NCBI GenBank assembly: GCA_965113315.1 | Contig: OZ220368.1 | Source of the DNA: Podarcis vaucheri | Taxonomy: Eukaryota | Length of the DNA: 64,000 nucleotides | Strand: one strand, 5' to 3' | In this document: piece after piece, positions 24,778-38,900 of the stretch | How positions within the stretch are numbered: position 1 is the stretch's first letter | How the letters are laid out: each line of letters begins with the position of its first letter | Position numbers and translations under genes: made by a program | The notes under the pieces: model-generated | What the model was told of the DNA's origin: nothing | Database searches by the model: none | What the model saw: the letters and a program-made list of their open reading frames with translations, nothing else

Positions 24778-25744
24778 CTCAAAATCATCTTCCAAGTCCA
24801 AACACTGAAGAATGAAGAGATACCATTAACTATGTTTTCTCTTCCCCTTCCTTGCCCTTGAAAGCAAACAATTCTTTTCGTATGCAGTCTTCTTTGTGTT
24901 TAGAAACACACCCAGGCAAACAATTTTACTGACTCAAGACTTTTGTCCCGAGAGATTAGCTTGTTTCACTTTCTGTGCCTCCACTGCAATACCAACACAA
25001 ACCAGGAAACAGAAAGTTATTGCAATACAGAAGCTGAATGGAAACTAGAAAGCAGAAATGTAGTATGTGCAAGACTAATTTCTTTTTAGAAAAAGGAGAT
25101 GGGGGCATGGGAAAGAAAGAATCTAATAAACAGTGTCAAATCTTCCTAGTTTTCTTGGCTGTTTCATCTCTTGGCACAGATATAAAAATGATCACTGTTT
25201 TACCAATTATGTGCAATATCGTAAAAGCATGAAAGAGATGGATGGCATGACAGCAAATTCCACATACAGTGAAAAATAATCTTCTAATACACAATGGGAA
25301 CATATGAAAACCTGCATTACTGTTAAGAGGATTAAAAAAAAATCAAGTGCCATGACTAAAGAGTGGAAATAAACACATTAGAAAAGAGCAATTATTGTTT
25401 CCAAGAGAGGAGCAGGCTGATACTACTTGGAATAACCTGGGTCAATCTCCACCTAAAGTTGGAGAAAAGATATGGGCATTGTAAAAGTGGGGTCCTTTTT
25501 TGTCTAACTGTGAGCATAACTTCATGTTTACACAGTAACAACAGCAATCCTAGCCTTAGATATTGGTTTATCCAGCTAATGCCTCTCAAATTTCTGCTTA
25601 AAAATGGACAACACAGTGTAGGGGAGCATCAGTGGGCTTGAAAAGAATGCAGCTCTTCCTTTCTACACTCCATTATTTGGTAATGTGCTGGAACCATCTA
25701 GTTTTATCCTTAATATTCTTCTGAATCTGTTCCAAGCTCTAAAA

Positions 25745-26064
25745 CAGGGGTCAGCAAACTTTTTCATCTGTGGGCCGGTCCACCGTCCCTCAGATCATGT
25801 GGTGGGCCGGACTATATTTTGAAAAAAATAATGAACGAATTCCTATGCCCCACAAATAACCCAGAGATGCATTTTAAATAAAAACACACATTCTACTCAT
25901 GTAAAAACACCAGGCAGGCCCCACAAATAATCCAGAGGTGCATTTTAAATAAAAGGACACATTCTACTCATGTAAAAACACGCTGATTCCCACACCATCC
26001 GCAGGCCGGACTGAGAAGGCGTTTGGGCCACATCTGGCCCACAGACCTTAGGTTGCCTACCCCG
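25745..26064. mobile_element. hAT (Charlie-like) MITE with internal ~70-bp tandem duplication
   Basis: TIRs CAGGGGTCAGCAAA / GGTTGCCTACCCCG; TSD CTCTAAAA / GTCTAAAA; unit ccccacaaataa...catgtaaaaacac occurs twice. Confidence 0.8.
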
Positions 26065-28379
26065 GTCTAAAAAAATATTTTGTAAGAATATTAATTTTAA
26101 TATTACCAGCATGCTGTTTTTATTTATCCAAGATATGAATTTAAACAGGGAATCCGATTCATTCCTGTTTGAAGCCTTTCCACTGCTTTGTATTTTTTGG
26201 AGTAAATGATGGTTGAATAGCACTGGACACTGCTAATTGATGGCAGGGAACAATTGGGACTATTTAACATTTCTTAAGCATTAACAGTGTGGGGGGGTTC
26301 TATATGGGCCTCTGACTATTCTCAGGTAGACTTCTGCACAAAGGCTAAGTAATTCTTTTAGATGAGAAAAGCATATATTATTGGATTCCTCATATCCCGC
26401 AGCAGCACGTGTCCCACAGAAAAACAGTTATCACATTCAGCACCAGAGACAGAGAACATTCAGAAGACCTGTAACATGGTTGTGCTTTCCTGGATTTCAA
26501 ACCATAGATTGTAGGTAGATATGTTCAATTTCCAAATTCATACAAGTACATGAAAATGTGGTACATGGCATTGTGGGCAGAATTCAGTTTGCTGAGAACC
26601 TCACCTTTCATTTTAAAAAGTGTTTCCTTCCCTTGTGGTTGTAAAAATAGGACACAAAGTATGTGAGCGATACATGATGAGTATCAGGTCGGTGGGGGAG
26701 TATTTCCGGGGGGGGGGCAGAGTTTTAATGCCTTGCATAGATCTTTACACTTCTCCGTAAGAGGTCGAAGCGGACTACATTCTAATCTGAATAAATTCTA
26801 TAGATTACAGAATTAAAGAGTTTAACACAGCCACAGAATTACTCTAATAGTGAACATGGAAATCTTCTCAGTGGCTATTCCAGCGGGTCACCAGTTACAT
26901 AACTTTTAAAAACAAGTACTTTAATTTGTTTTCCCCTTCCCTTTTCACTCCTTTTCCTTTACTATCATGTCTACTGTAAACATTTGGGCAGTTTGTTAGC
27001 AACTGTGCATCACTTTAAAGTGTTAGAAGTTGTATAAATTATAAAGTAGTAACAGAAACAATTAGAATTTGGCTTAGGTCTTATCCTATTCCCCTATTTG
27101 CTTTTCATATCAGCACTCTACTTTGTCAGGGCCACTGACCCCAGGTTACAATGGTGAAACCTGCTTTTTGACTTTGATCTGATGCACCTATCTAAGGACG
27201 GAAATATATGTTGCAAACACATAATATCCAGAGCTGCTTTCCAAAGGGAAAAACTAGATGCAGGAGAAAGATTTGAAGCAGAGAAATGGCAAGGTAAGGG
27301 GAAAGGGGCTGTTAAAACCTCTCTCTACCTACCACTTATTCACTCCACACCAATCACCCTTCATTCAAAGCCACTTTTCCTTCCCCCAGGTTTCCATACG
27401 CTTGCATGCAAAATGTAGCCAGGTCCTAAATATGGCAGTTTCTCTTTTAACCATCATGTGAACTCCAACCACCTAGCTTTGAATATTATATATTTTGAAA
27501 ATACTAGGAATCCTGAGAGCTCACTGACAATTGGATCTATTGGGAACAGAACACAAATCCTCACTTTCCCACAATGGAAAATCCCCACATATCCTTAGGT
27601 ATGGCATTCTAGTTTGGCAAATAAGCTCTCACCCCTTCCTGCTGCCAACACTTGGACTCAAGAGCCTATTAATTCTATGAACAGCAGGATGTCAATTCAC
27701 AAAAATACTGGTCATACCACCTACCAAAAACACTTATCATCAGTTGGAACTGTCAAATGCAACTACAATTTCTACCATTGTGTGGTGAAAGGTTTATTCT
27801 AGCTGGAGTACTTGATCATTACACTTGATATGCTGAAGCCACAGGAGTACTGTGCATGCTGTTTTTAGCTCACAAAGTCTAAATAGAAAGTAATCAGGGA
27901 CCATAGTACAACTCTTTGGCTGTAGTGGGTACTACTAAGCTACTTCCCCATGCACCCCACAGCTTAGCAATACAACTCATAAGGAAAACAGTTTTATGTA
28001 GGATGTAGCTTAAATCAACTATGCACAGAGGGCCAACCAGGATCAGATTCTCAATGTCTATGATAAAATGCCCAATTCTGTTGGGTATAGGAAAGTTTAG
28101 GGTATAGGAAAGTTGAGTTATTGGGAATAGCGACAGGATTTTATAATTTTAAACTGTTTATAAAGTTTCTATATTGTAAGGCTTCTGGGGCTCCACTTTG
28201 GACATAAATTTGATAAAATAAATATTTTATTTTCCCTGAAATAAGTATGACACACACAACATAGTGTGGAACTGCAGGTGTTAATGCAGATTTCAAGACA
28301 CAGGAGATAAGAGTCTGATGAATGTGGAGGTGTCCGACTCTATGAAAAAGGAAAAATAGGAGTTTCTGAAACTAGTTGC

Positions 28380-28880
28380 AAATAAAAAATACTGATGAAC
28401 TCTGGCAGTAGGTCACATGCCATTCATGAGAAAGGGTTGCAACATTTGGGACATTTTCATTTAGAGAAAGGGAAGTAAGAGGTGGCATGGTGGAGAGAGA
28501 AAAGTTTACTTCCTCTCTCATAACACTGGAATTTGTGGACATCCAGTGAAGCTGAAACTTGGAAGATTCAGGGCAAAAGAAAAGAAGCACTGTACTTATT
28601 CATGTGGCACATAGTTAAACTATGGAACTCACTCCCACAAGAGGCAGTGACGGCCGCCAACTTGGATGGCTTTTAAAAAAGGATTGGACAAATTAATGGG
28701 GAATAAAGCTATCAGTGGCTACCAACCACAGTGCCTATGCTCTGCTTCCATGGTCAGAACAGTATCCTTCTGAGTACCAGTTGCTGCAAACTACAGGAGG
28801 GGAGAGTGCTCTTATGTTCTCTTATGTTCAAGTCTTGCTTTTGGGTTTCCCACAGGCATATGGTTGGCCACTGTGAGAGA
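28380..28880 (+). mobile_element. CR1 LINE 3' fragment
   Basis: Degenerate RT C-terminus (gagaaagggttgcaacatttggg...tttagagaaa, tggaactcactcccacaagaggcagtg...ggattggacaaatt) plus 3'UTR-like sequence. Confidence 0.65.
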
Positions 28881-29499
28881 AAGTTTCTTCAGTTATCGCC
28901 CATTTTTCTTTCTTGTTGGAATTGTCTGCATTTGCATCTTCAATATTTCACTTTTAAGAAACATCCATCCATTTTGGACTCTCTTCTCTTTGAGTATTTC
29001 AGACTATGGAATCTCACCTGCATCTTTAAGTTACAATGGATAAAAATTAAACTCCTTTTCAACATTAAAAGCTGCAGTCTTTAAGCTGTATATCTATAGT
29101 AGGAAATTCGGTTTCTGAAAGTTCCATGGCTCCCAGATTTTAATTTAAACTGATGTTGCTATTAGTTTATTCTTCCTCCTCAGCTATTTCATTGGTTCAA
29201 AGCAAGAAAAAATGCTACAAGAAAAAAAAGATTTGTGGCTTTCTAGTCAATAAAGACAGCTTCAAGCTGGACACGACTGCAGAGCATAGCACAGAGCTAA
29301 TGCTCTAAGAGTGCAAAGCAGAGCCCAACTAATTTAGGAGACACAAAAAAAGCCTTCATTGGGGCAAACAAAGGCATAGTCATAATGATAATTTCGTCTT
29401 CTCAAATGCGGGAAGTCATCCCTCAAATGGGAACGTCTCAACGTTTGCATCAAAAAAAAAGCTACCAGAAAGTTACCATTCTCGGGCAAAAGAAAAAAA

Positions 29500-30950
29500 A
29501 ACCCTGAAAAATAAACACTCTTACCAGCCACCAGCTCTCTTTAGGCTGAGAAAGGGGACAACTGCAGTTGCTACCTCTCCCTCCACTTTCCCGACTCGTG
29601 TGCCTTTAACAGCTACCAGAAGTTCAACCGGGGGGGGCGGGTATTCTGCGTATGGGGCTGTGTTTAATGGGGAAACTACATCCGTTGAACGTCTGCCTGC
29701 CATTACGGCTGTTAAAGCCACAGCCCCTCCCTCCCTCTCTCTCTCTCGGGGCGGGGAGAAGGTGCCCTTGGCACGGAAGAGTCGTTTTCTTGAGACCCTC
29801 CTGAGGAGGAGGAGGAGGAAGGCGGGAGGCAGGCGGGCTCCCTTTCCCCGCCCGCGGCACCTGAGGTGACCCTGTCCCCCTCACGCCAAAGTACACACTT
29901 TGATATTCGACCCTCCAGGGAGGTGTTAATTTACCGTCTCGCTCTCTCCCTCATCTCGCTGCTCCGGCCGCCTCCTCTCTGAGGGAGCTCGTGGGCGGCG
30001 CGGGGGGGGGGAGCAGCGAAAGCGCGGACGCGAGAGGAGGAAACGGGTCAGGGGCGGGCGCGCGCCACGCTCCCTCCTCTCTCAGCCAACCCCCGCCTTC
30101 CCTTCCAGGCGCGTCCCTGGAGTCAGCCAAGCAGCCTGCCGCCGGCCCGCGCGCGCTCCCGCCGGCTCCCCGTTAGGAGCCTCTGCCCGCTCGCGCGCCC
30201 GTCCTAAGCAACCACCAACCCGGCCTTGTTTACGGCAGCCGCAAAAGGGACGTAAAAGCGCCGCCTGGGCGAAGAGGCTGGTTGAGGTAAATGCCGGGTG
30301 TTTTTCGGCGCGCTTCAGGGCGATGTTCTCTGCCGGGCGGGGGGCGGTGTTGGTGGTGGGAACTCGGCCTTCGACGGCGCCGGGTCTCCTCCGGGCCCAG
30401 CGGAGGGTTGGCTAACGTGAGTTCTCCCCCCCCCACCTCAGCCACCGGGGTCCTTCGGCGAGGCGGTTCGCGGGGGTCTCTTCTCGCCCGCCGGGGCATC
30501 TGCGCAGGGGATGGTGGGCGGGTGGCTTGCGCTAAGCGGAGCCTGGAGGCTGCCCTTGCCGTTGGCTCCTCTCCCCGGCCGCCGCGCCTGGGACGGTGCG
30601 TGGCTCCCGGTGCCAGAGAGAGAGAGCGAGAGACAGGGGGGTGGGCTGCCGCAGTTCGTGTCATGTCAGTCAGTCCTTGGAGCCGTGTAATCGGAGCGGG
30701 TGCCGCTGCTGGGACAAGTCAAAACAACCACCCTCCGCGCTACAAACACACACGCAGGTATGCCACAGTTTGCGTCAGGTACAGGCGTGGCAGGCTCATG
30801 ACAAGGCTGCACCTAGTGTCTCAAGACCGCAGGAGGGTCAAGGCATGGAATCCAGAGCGTTGGCCCATCTAGCCCAGGTAGCGGCCCTTCAAGGTCTCAG
30901 GTATAGGTCTTTCAATCAGCCTCGCCCCCCTTCAGCCGCTATGGCAGCCC
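29500..30950. promoter_or_regulatory. Bidirectional CpG-island promoter of DRAM2 (-) and CEPT1 (+) with non-coding first exons
   Basis: Strong GC/CpG enrichment between divergent genes; GC boxes (GGGGCGGG), GCGCGC runs; candidate donors on both strands. Confidence 0.85.
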
Positions 30951-31669
30951 TGTTCTCTTTACAGGAGGCTTACATGCAAAGTATGTGCCCTGACAGTGAA
31001 AGTGCGGTTCTTTCACTTCCCTAAGGGCAGGTGTGGGGTTTCCTCATCCCCCACCCCATCCTTGGAGTAATTTCTGTAGTCTGGTGACCAGAGTGGAGAC
31101 TTTGGACTGGATCTTGGCACTGTGCTTTTTCTTTAGTTTGTGACTGTTGATACTGTATTGACTCAGTGCTTCTGACCTGCTTATTTAACTGAAGTGAATT
31201 ATTAGCAAGGGTCTGGCAAGCTTCTGTTGTACTTTTCAGGGATAGATGATTTCTGAAACTCTAGGCAACCTGAGGGAGTTCAAGAAAAAAAATGCTTTCA
31301 TTTTGTATCATCCATAAGACTTGAATAAGATTGCTTCAGTTTTATCTCTTTATCTTCTATTTATTTTGCTGAATCCTGTAAAAGTTTTCTCCTTTCCTGT
31401 ACTTCTTGTCACTCTTTGCAAAACTACTTCTCATAATGCACCAGATGGATGCTTTCTGCTTGTATTAATAGCAAGGAACAAATAAAAAGGGGTTCTTTGA
31501 AGTACAAACTTAAGTTTCATTTAGAGAAATTGGCATGTCCAAATACCCCCAATCAAAAAGGGACTACTTATTAAACTTGTTCCTTGTATTTACCCTCAGA
31601 TAGTTTGAGTCCTTGTCCTATGTCCCTGAATATGTCCAGATTCTCCTAAAGTAGCTTATAGTTGTGACT

Positions 31670-32030
31670 AAGGTAAAGGTAAAGGTACCCCTGCCCGAAC
31701 GGGCCAGTCTTGACAGACTGTGGGGTTTGTGCGCCCATCTCACATTTATTGGCCGGGGGCCAGCGCTGTCCGGGGACACTTCCGGGTCACGTGGCCAGCG
31801 TGACATCGCTGCTCTGGCGAGCCAGAGCCGCACACGGAACGCCGTTTACCTTCCCGCTGGTAAGCGGTACCTATTTATCTACTTGCACCCGGGGGTGCTT
31901 TCGAACTGCTAGGTGGGCAGGCGCTGGGACCGAACAGCGGGAGCGCACCCCGCCGCGGGGATTCGAACCGCCGACCTTTCGATCGGCAAGCCCTAGGCGT
32001 TGAGGCTTTAGCCCACAGCGCCACCCGCGT
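31670..32030 (-). mobile_element. Sauria-type (Squam1) SINE, near full length, CpG-rich (young)
   Basis: Minus strand: tRNA-like head with A box TGGCGCTGTGG and B box GGTTCGAATCC, body, (ACCTTT)n tail. Confidence 0.9.
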
Positions 32031-32565
32031 AATGGCTGCTAAATGCCATGTTGGTGGCCACAAACTACCGTAATTGCAAATCTTGGCTGATCTGTTTTCT
32101 CTGTCTAGAGCCAACTTGAAGAACAGCATAGCCTGGGACAGACACTGTGGCCATGCTCACATGTCATTGTAAACTGTAAGCCATGGATTACCATGCATGA
32201 GCTGATTGCACATGCTTTGCTCACCCCTGTTAGTGCTGGGAAGAAACTAACCATGACTCCTGCTGTCTTGAATGCATTAAAATAAAGAGATCAGTAACAG
32301 CTGCAACTTCAATTTATGGTTTCTGTCTAATAGTAGTGGGGGCACTTATTCTATCATGTGAATCTCTGAGCACTGTTTGTTTTGTTTGTGAGTAGTATTG
32401 GGCCTTCAAATATCTCATGTTTTGCTCTGAAACATTTGAGACATTCCTGACAGCTTTTCACCTGTTACATTAATCTAAATACTTTATGTTTCAGATAGAC
32501 CAGGATCTTGAGATACTTTACATCGGTTAAAATCTGTCAAAGACAACATTAAGGCTAATAAATCC

Positions 32566-32904
32566 ATGAGTGGGAATCGATCCGTGAAGAAACGATGTGG
32601 GGAATTGCAGTTGGAATCCCCTGTGCGCTATGGTCATGTTCCTTCAGCAGGATGTACATTAAGCAAGCTGCTTCAGTTGCCTACGCCACCTTTGACAAAA
32701 CATCAGCTAAAACGGTTAGAAGAACACAAGTATCAAAGTGCTGGACGGTCCCTGCTTGAACCACTAATGCAAGGCTACTGGGAATGGTTAGTTAGAAGAG
32801 TACCAGCTTGGATTGCCCCTAATCTGATTACAATAGTTGGACTGATAATAAACATCTGCACAACCATAATATTAGTGTGTTACTGTCCGACAGCTACAGA
32901 GCAG
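32566..32904 (+). CDS. CEPT1: CEPT1 coding exon 1 (exon likely begins at 32495)
   Basis: ORF 32566; donor CAG|gtaagt. Confidence 0.96.
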
Positions 32905-35900
32905 GTAAGTTAAATATCTCTTAATGTTTCTTTGAGGAAGGGATTGTACTGTTGAACGGCTCAGTATTATGTTTTACTTTGGTGTTCTGTTAACAGACAT
33001 ATCTGGAGTTTTATGTATGTAATTTTTGCTCTTAAAGGATCTAAATTATGTTTCTAAAATTCCCAGTAATACTTTTGCACAATCCTTAATTACAGTGGTG
33101 CCCTGCAAGCCGAATGCCTCGCAAGACGGAAAACTCGCTAGACGAAATAGTTTTCCGTTTTGGAGGTGCTTCGCAAAACGAATCTCCTATGGGCTTGCTT
33201 TGCAAGACGAAAATGTCTTGCGAGTTCCTGCGGGTTTTTTTCCCCTCCCCCCCTTTTTCTAAGCCGCTAAGCTGCTTATCAGCTGATCCGATAAGCCGCT
33301 AAAAGCCGCTAATCCGTCAATGGGCTTGCTTCGCAAGACGAAAAAACCACTAGACGAAGAGAATCACAGAACGGATTGTATTTCCACTGTATTTCAAAAT
33401 AAGATACATTGTTCATTTTCACGAAGATTTTCATAATATCATGAGCACTATGCAATGCATGTTGACTGATGTGTGACAGAATGTGAGAATGATAGAAAGT
33501 TTAGCAGTGGAGCTCATAAAATTTGTAACAAGGGCAGAGATATCAAACATAAACATGAAAAATATGAAGAATATCAAAATGCCTCTCTCTCAAGGTCTGT
33601 TACTACCAGGCTCTTGTCATTCTCTGAGACCTGGAGATTTAAAATGTTTTAAAATATATGTGGGGGGAAGCAAAAGTTGAGCTGTTTATTGTTGGAATTC
33701 AGCTATCAAATATTGGAGGACTCTGCACACATCACACCATTGCAATAGATATCTTTTCCTTAATTCAAGAAGCTTTCTGTAGTACATGATCTGTTTTCCT
33801 TCCATCTGTACTGCTATGAAATATATATGTAATAAGCTCTAAGTGACTCAGCACCCTACTAATGAAACTTGCTTGTGCTGAGATACTTGTTTTTCTGCCT
33901 TTACTTATGTAGTGTTTAGCAGCTGCTTAGCAGGATTCCTGCTCGAAAACTTATATGTGAAAGGGATTACTACTGATCTGTATTGTGCTTCGCCAGGTGC
34001 CTATGTATATCCATATAGATAAAGTGAAGATTATATAAATTTTTGAATAAATAAAATATAAATAGCATGTTAAAAATAGAATCTTAAGGTTTGAAAGCAT
34101 CATCAAGTATTACCTAATTAATCTCTCTTCTTCTAAGAAAGGAGCAGGTTCACCTTAAGTTTCTTGACAGATGCCTGCGCATAATGGAGATTCCCAACTT
34201 CTCAAGTAGTTAGTTCAGTGACTGTTCCAAATATTAGGGAATTCTAATTATACCTTCCCGTATTTTGACTCTAATCAATAGGTAAATAACCCCCCCCCCC
34301 TTCCTTCCCTTCCTGCATCTTGGTTCTTTCCTAGGATAACCATACTTTCTTCTTTTTACTCTTCTGGCAATTGATCATTTTTATAGCTCTTCACTGGATC
34401 TTTTCCATTTTTTGCACATGATACTCCAAATGAGGCCTTATATTGGGGTGGAGAACCTCCAGCCTGTGAGCCTAATCTGGCCTACCAGACCTCCCCATTT
34501 GGCCTGCCACACCATTTTGGCCAAGGCATGCCCAGCTGCCTTGACTTCATATACAGTGCTACCTCCGGTTACAACTTAATTTGTTCCAGAGGTCCATTCT
34601 TAACATGAAACCGTTCTTAACCTGAGGCGCTCTTTCGCTAATAGGGCGTCCCGCTGCACATGCGCCTACAGTGCGTGACTTCCACTCACATCCTGGGGCA
34701 AAGTTCGCTTCCAGGAGCACCTATTTCCGGGTTAGCGGAGCTCATTACCTGAAGCGTTCGCAAGGAGGATGGTATGTAACCAGAGGTATTACTGTATGGT
34801 GTCAGGTGTGGGAAGGTAAAAAGGTGGTTGGGTTGGGGCAAAGGTAGCTTTTGAAGCACCACTGTTAGTTGGTTGTCAGGACTTCAAGCACAACCTCAGC
34901 AGTTTTGCAAGCCTCTTTGCAATCCTCAGCTCTGCTAGGAAATCCCAATGATCAGCTGGTCATCAGCATTTTGAAGAGCTCTGTGCTGTGCATTAAAGTC
35001 CCAACAATCAGCTGATTGTCAGGGCTTCAAAGCCCCGTATCACTTGACATCATTGTAACATCAGGTGCTTGAGAGGTGGGCAGCCCCACCCATGTGTCAA
35101 ATTTGGCCCATGAGTTAGAAGAGGTAAGAATCTGGCCCATTATCTGGATGCAGTTTCCCACCCCTGTTGTTGTTGTTCATTGCATGTATTACTTACCCTT
35201 CATGAGCATGTCCCAGTGTGGGTTACAACAATTTAAAATTCAGTGTTATAACTGTTAAAATTGATTACAATCAAAGGCATAAAGTGGGCCCTGAAAACAC
35301 CCATTTCAAGTATCAAAGGCCAGGGTAAAGAGGTGAGTCTTCGGCATTTGCTGGAAGCTATATAGGGAAAAAGCCAGTTTCACCTCTGTGAGGAGGGAAT
35401 TTCACAACAGAATTCTCTTTTCCAGGCCGCCACCACCCTGAACTTCTGAGAGGTAGAACTACTAAGATGGTCCTTTCTGCTGATCTTCACATTTGGGGTG
35501 TGGGGGTGTCTGTAGAGAATGAGGCAGTCTTTAAGATATTTGAGTCCTAAGTTGCTTAGGGCCTATAGGCTCAACAGAACAATATTATTGCCTATGGCAG
35601 GGGTGAGGAACCTCAGACCCAGAGTCTAAGAGAGGAATTCAGCGTAGCACTAAGCAGATTGCTCCATCAGCGCAAGCGTTACTATTTTCCTGATAGAATG
35701 AACTGTCTTCTCCTTCCCACATGTGCTGTTCTGGGGTTTTTTCCAACCCTCCCCCAACACCTGTTTGTGGGGCCATGGGGGGAGGATAGGGGGCTTCTGC
35801 TTATGGGACTATTTAGTGAAACTGAGCCATAGATATAGCTCTGCAGACCTCTATCAGCAGCCCATGGGACTCTCCATAGACCACCCAGTCTTCCTAGGCC

Positions 35901-38900
35901 ACACTTCTTAAAGGCTTTGCCTAACACTTCTTCATGTGTTTTTGTCTGGTTGAAATGTGACCTTAAACTGTGATGACACCTCTTGCTTGCCTGGATGAAG
36001 GGATGACTTGCTTTGCATGGTCGAAAGGAAGAAAGTTAAGAGTCACTGTACTCTGCCCACTTTTACTTCTGGACCCTTGTACAACTTGGCATGTGCTCTC
36101 CCGAAATATTCCCCACAAGGTAATGCAGGCTTTGGACTAAAAAAAGGTTCTCCATCTTTGGTTTACATAGAGGAATTGCTTCAATAATAAAAGTAAGCAT
36201 TTCATTGTCTCTTTTGATTTCAGGTCAGATTGTTGACTTGTGCTAATTTTGTTAGTTACCAAAAAATCTTTAGTAATGCTACTGCTTGTCTGGATCTTGT
36301 TTTCAAAACTCACACTTTTCTCTATTATAGCTTCCCTCCCTTTGACTTTTTATTTTTTTGTTTTTTGTGTATTTGCTGTCCACTCCTTCATCCAGGTAAT
36401 TAATGAGGGCACAGAGCAGCACTGTGGCCTTTGCATAACTCCACTTAGGTAATACTTCTTTCTTATATTTAATCTATCCATTAAGTACTACGTCTACCTT
36501 TTAGTATTATTGAGTATTTCCAGTTGCTACTTGTCAAGACAAGAGCAAAATTAGGAGTGCAAATAGTCATAAGATTTTGGGGATCAGTACTTCTGGACCT
36601 GCACTGTACAAGTAAAAGATTCCATGGATCTGGCATTTTAGAAGAACCACTTTATTCATAAGCACAGTTAAACTCTGCTATCAATAGAGGCATTTTCCTC
36701 CTGACAACAATCCAGTGTGAGTGTTGTACTTTGTATCAGACTCTCAGAACACAATTGGGAAGGCCTTGAGACACATCCTTTATCTTGTAATTCTTGTTTC
36801 CCTAAATATTTAAGGTACTTCTTGGAAACCCCATATATGCTGAAGTTACTTAGTTACATCTGTCTTGTTTATTTATTTCATATGTCTTCCTCATACTCAT
36901 TTCATAAATATACATGTGTGATTCAATGTCACCTTCTAAACAATGAGCAAGAATGCTGCTTTACTACTAAGTTATTCTCAAGTAGTACAAGTATGTAAGA
37001 TAGTACTTTGCAAACATCCAGTTGATTAGCAATCCTTGAGAAGTACAAGTTGACATATATTGAGTTACAGTTAAAATCCTGCCTCAGCTCTTTGAGTAAC
37101 TATCTGTATATACACCCTGAGACATGCACAGAGTTGTTTCTGTAAGACAGGGAAAGAATATTTACTTAGGCTTCTGATGATGTTTAAATAGAGGGGGAGG
37201 AGAAAAATAGAGCAGAGAAATTATAGTTCGAGACGACATTTTAGAGGAAGTGTCATAGAAATATATAAAATGACTAGCAACAGTATTTATTACAAAATTG
37301 AGATTAATTGATACAGACTTAGGTATTGTTGCTCATCAAGGCATTAAAGATCTAGATCAGCATTTATGATATACTGCTGTATTGCAGAGCACTGTTTTGG
37401 TTTTCCTTTTGAGAGTGGGATTGATGGCTGGATCAGCATATTTTTTGCATAATATTGATACTGCAGTATACAGCTTATATTTTATGATCACCCAGTAAAG
37501 CAGACAGGCTTCATACCTTATAAGAAATTATTATTTCTTTGTGTAAAACCAAAAAATGGCAAAAACCAGAAAAAAATATTCACCAAAACCCAAATCACTC
37601 ATATCTATATATCAAAGGTTTGTTGAAATTTTCTCCCCTTTACTGCAGTTCTCTTAAATACACATTGGTAGTTAAATGTTAACTATTTCAAGAATGGGTG
37701 CCAGTTTGTTTCTAGGGTGGTATGCAATAATAAAATGCAGGAATCAAACATTCCCACTTGACATGGGGCCTTTGAAATTTCTATGCATTTTTGAAAATGT
37801 ATTGAAATAGTGATTTAGATTATTTGAGGCTTTAGCCCAAATGAGCTCTGAAAATTTCCCCATTCCTTTGTGTATCTTAAGCATGGCCAGAGATTGCCTT
37901 TTTACATTCTTGGCAAGTAGGATGCAGTGTTTCTAGTCCTGGTAAGAATCACCTATAGGAAAGCTAATGTAGTGCTCAAAGCTGGAGAAGTAATTGTGTG
38001 AACAAGTTATTTACTGAGGGCTTTATATAGTATTGAAATTTTTAAAATCTAAGAAATTTGGGAAGTAGCCTAATCCTAGACATTGTAAATGTTTGGTAAA
38101 AATGTGTGCCATAGAATCTGTGCTAAGGGTAAATTTTGAGAGAATTTGTTTCTTTCCAGTATGTTACATAAACTGTAAAACTAAGACAATAACAGTGCAT
38201 AGTTTATTATTTTATTTATGTGGCACCTTATACTCAAAGATATTGAGGTGATTTACATAGTAAACAAATATGAAAAACTTACAAGTGATCAAACATTCCC
38301 ACAAAGTTGCCAAAGTACACATGTCCTGCTATAAAACTATTATAAGCCATCACAATAAAACTGCAAGCAGCTAAAAACCACCCACTGAGAGTGAGTAAGA
38401 GACAGATGTCAACACTCAAGTGTTTGGGTGTATAAAACAAAGTCACAACCTGGTGCAGAAAATATTTTGGGAAAGTCTGTGGCTCAGTGGTGGAGCTTTC
38501 ATTTTGCATGCAAAAAGTTACAGGTTCAATATGTGGCATAGCCAGGTAGGGCTGGCAGAGACCCCTGTCTAAAAATAATGCAGACCTACTGCCAGTCAGT
38601 GTAGATAGTGCTGTGCTAGATGGACCAATGGTCTGACTTGGCATAAGGCAGCTTCTTATGTTCCTGTGTTATGCTTGGAGCCAGGTATGCTTTTCTGGGA
38701 TGAATGTACCAGAGATACATTACGGAATTAGGACTTGTTGGACTTTGAGACTTATTCTCAGGTATCCTGCACAATACATGGGTATTTGGGAGTGGGACCT
38801 ATTGAGCAGAGTGAGACTAGCTTCATGTGTCAGATTAAACTGTAAGAGTACTTGAGGCAAACCATGTCATCACAGCTAGGTTTTCCACACTCCAGAAAAG

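Noticed and set aside
30230-31024. ORFs of 142-193 aa in the DRAM2/CEPT1 island
   Set aside because: Arg/Pro/Gly-rich by-products of stop-poor GC-rich DNA; no homology recognised.
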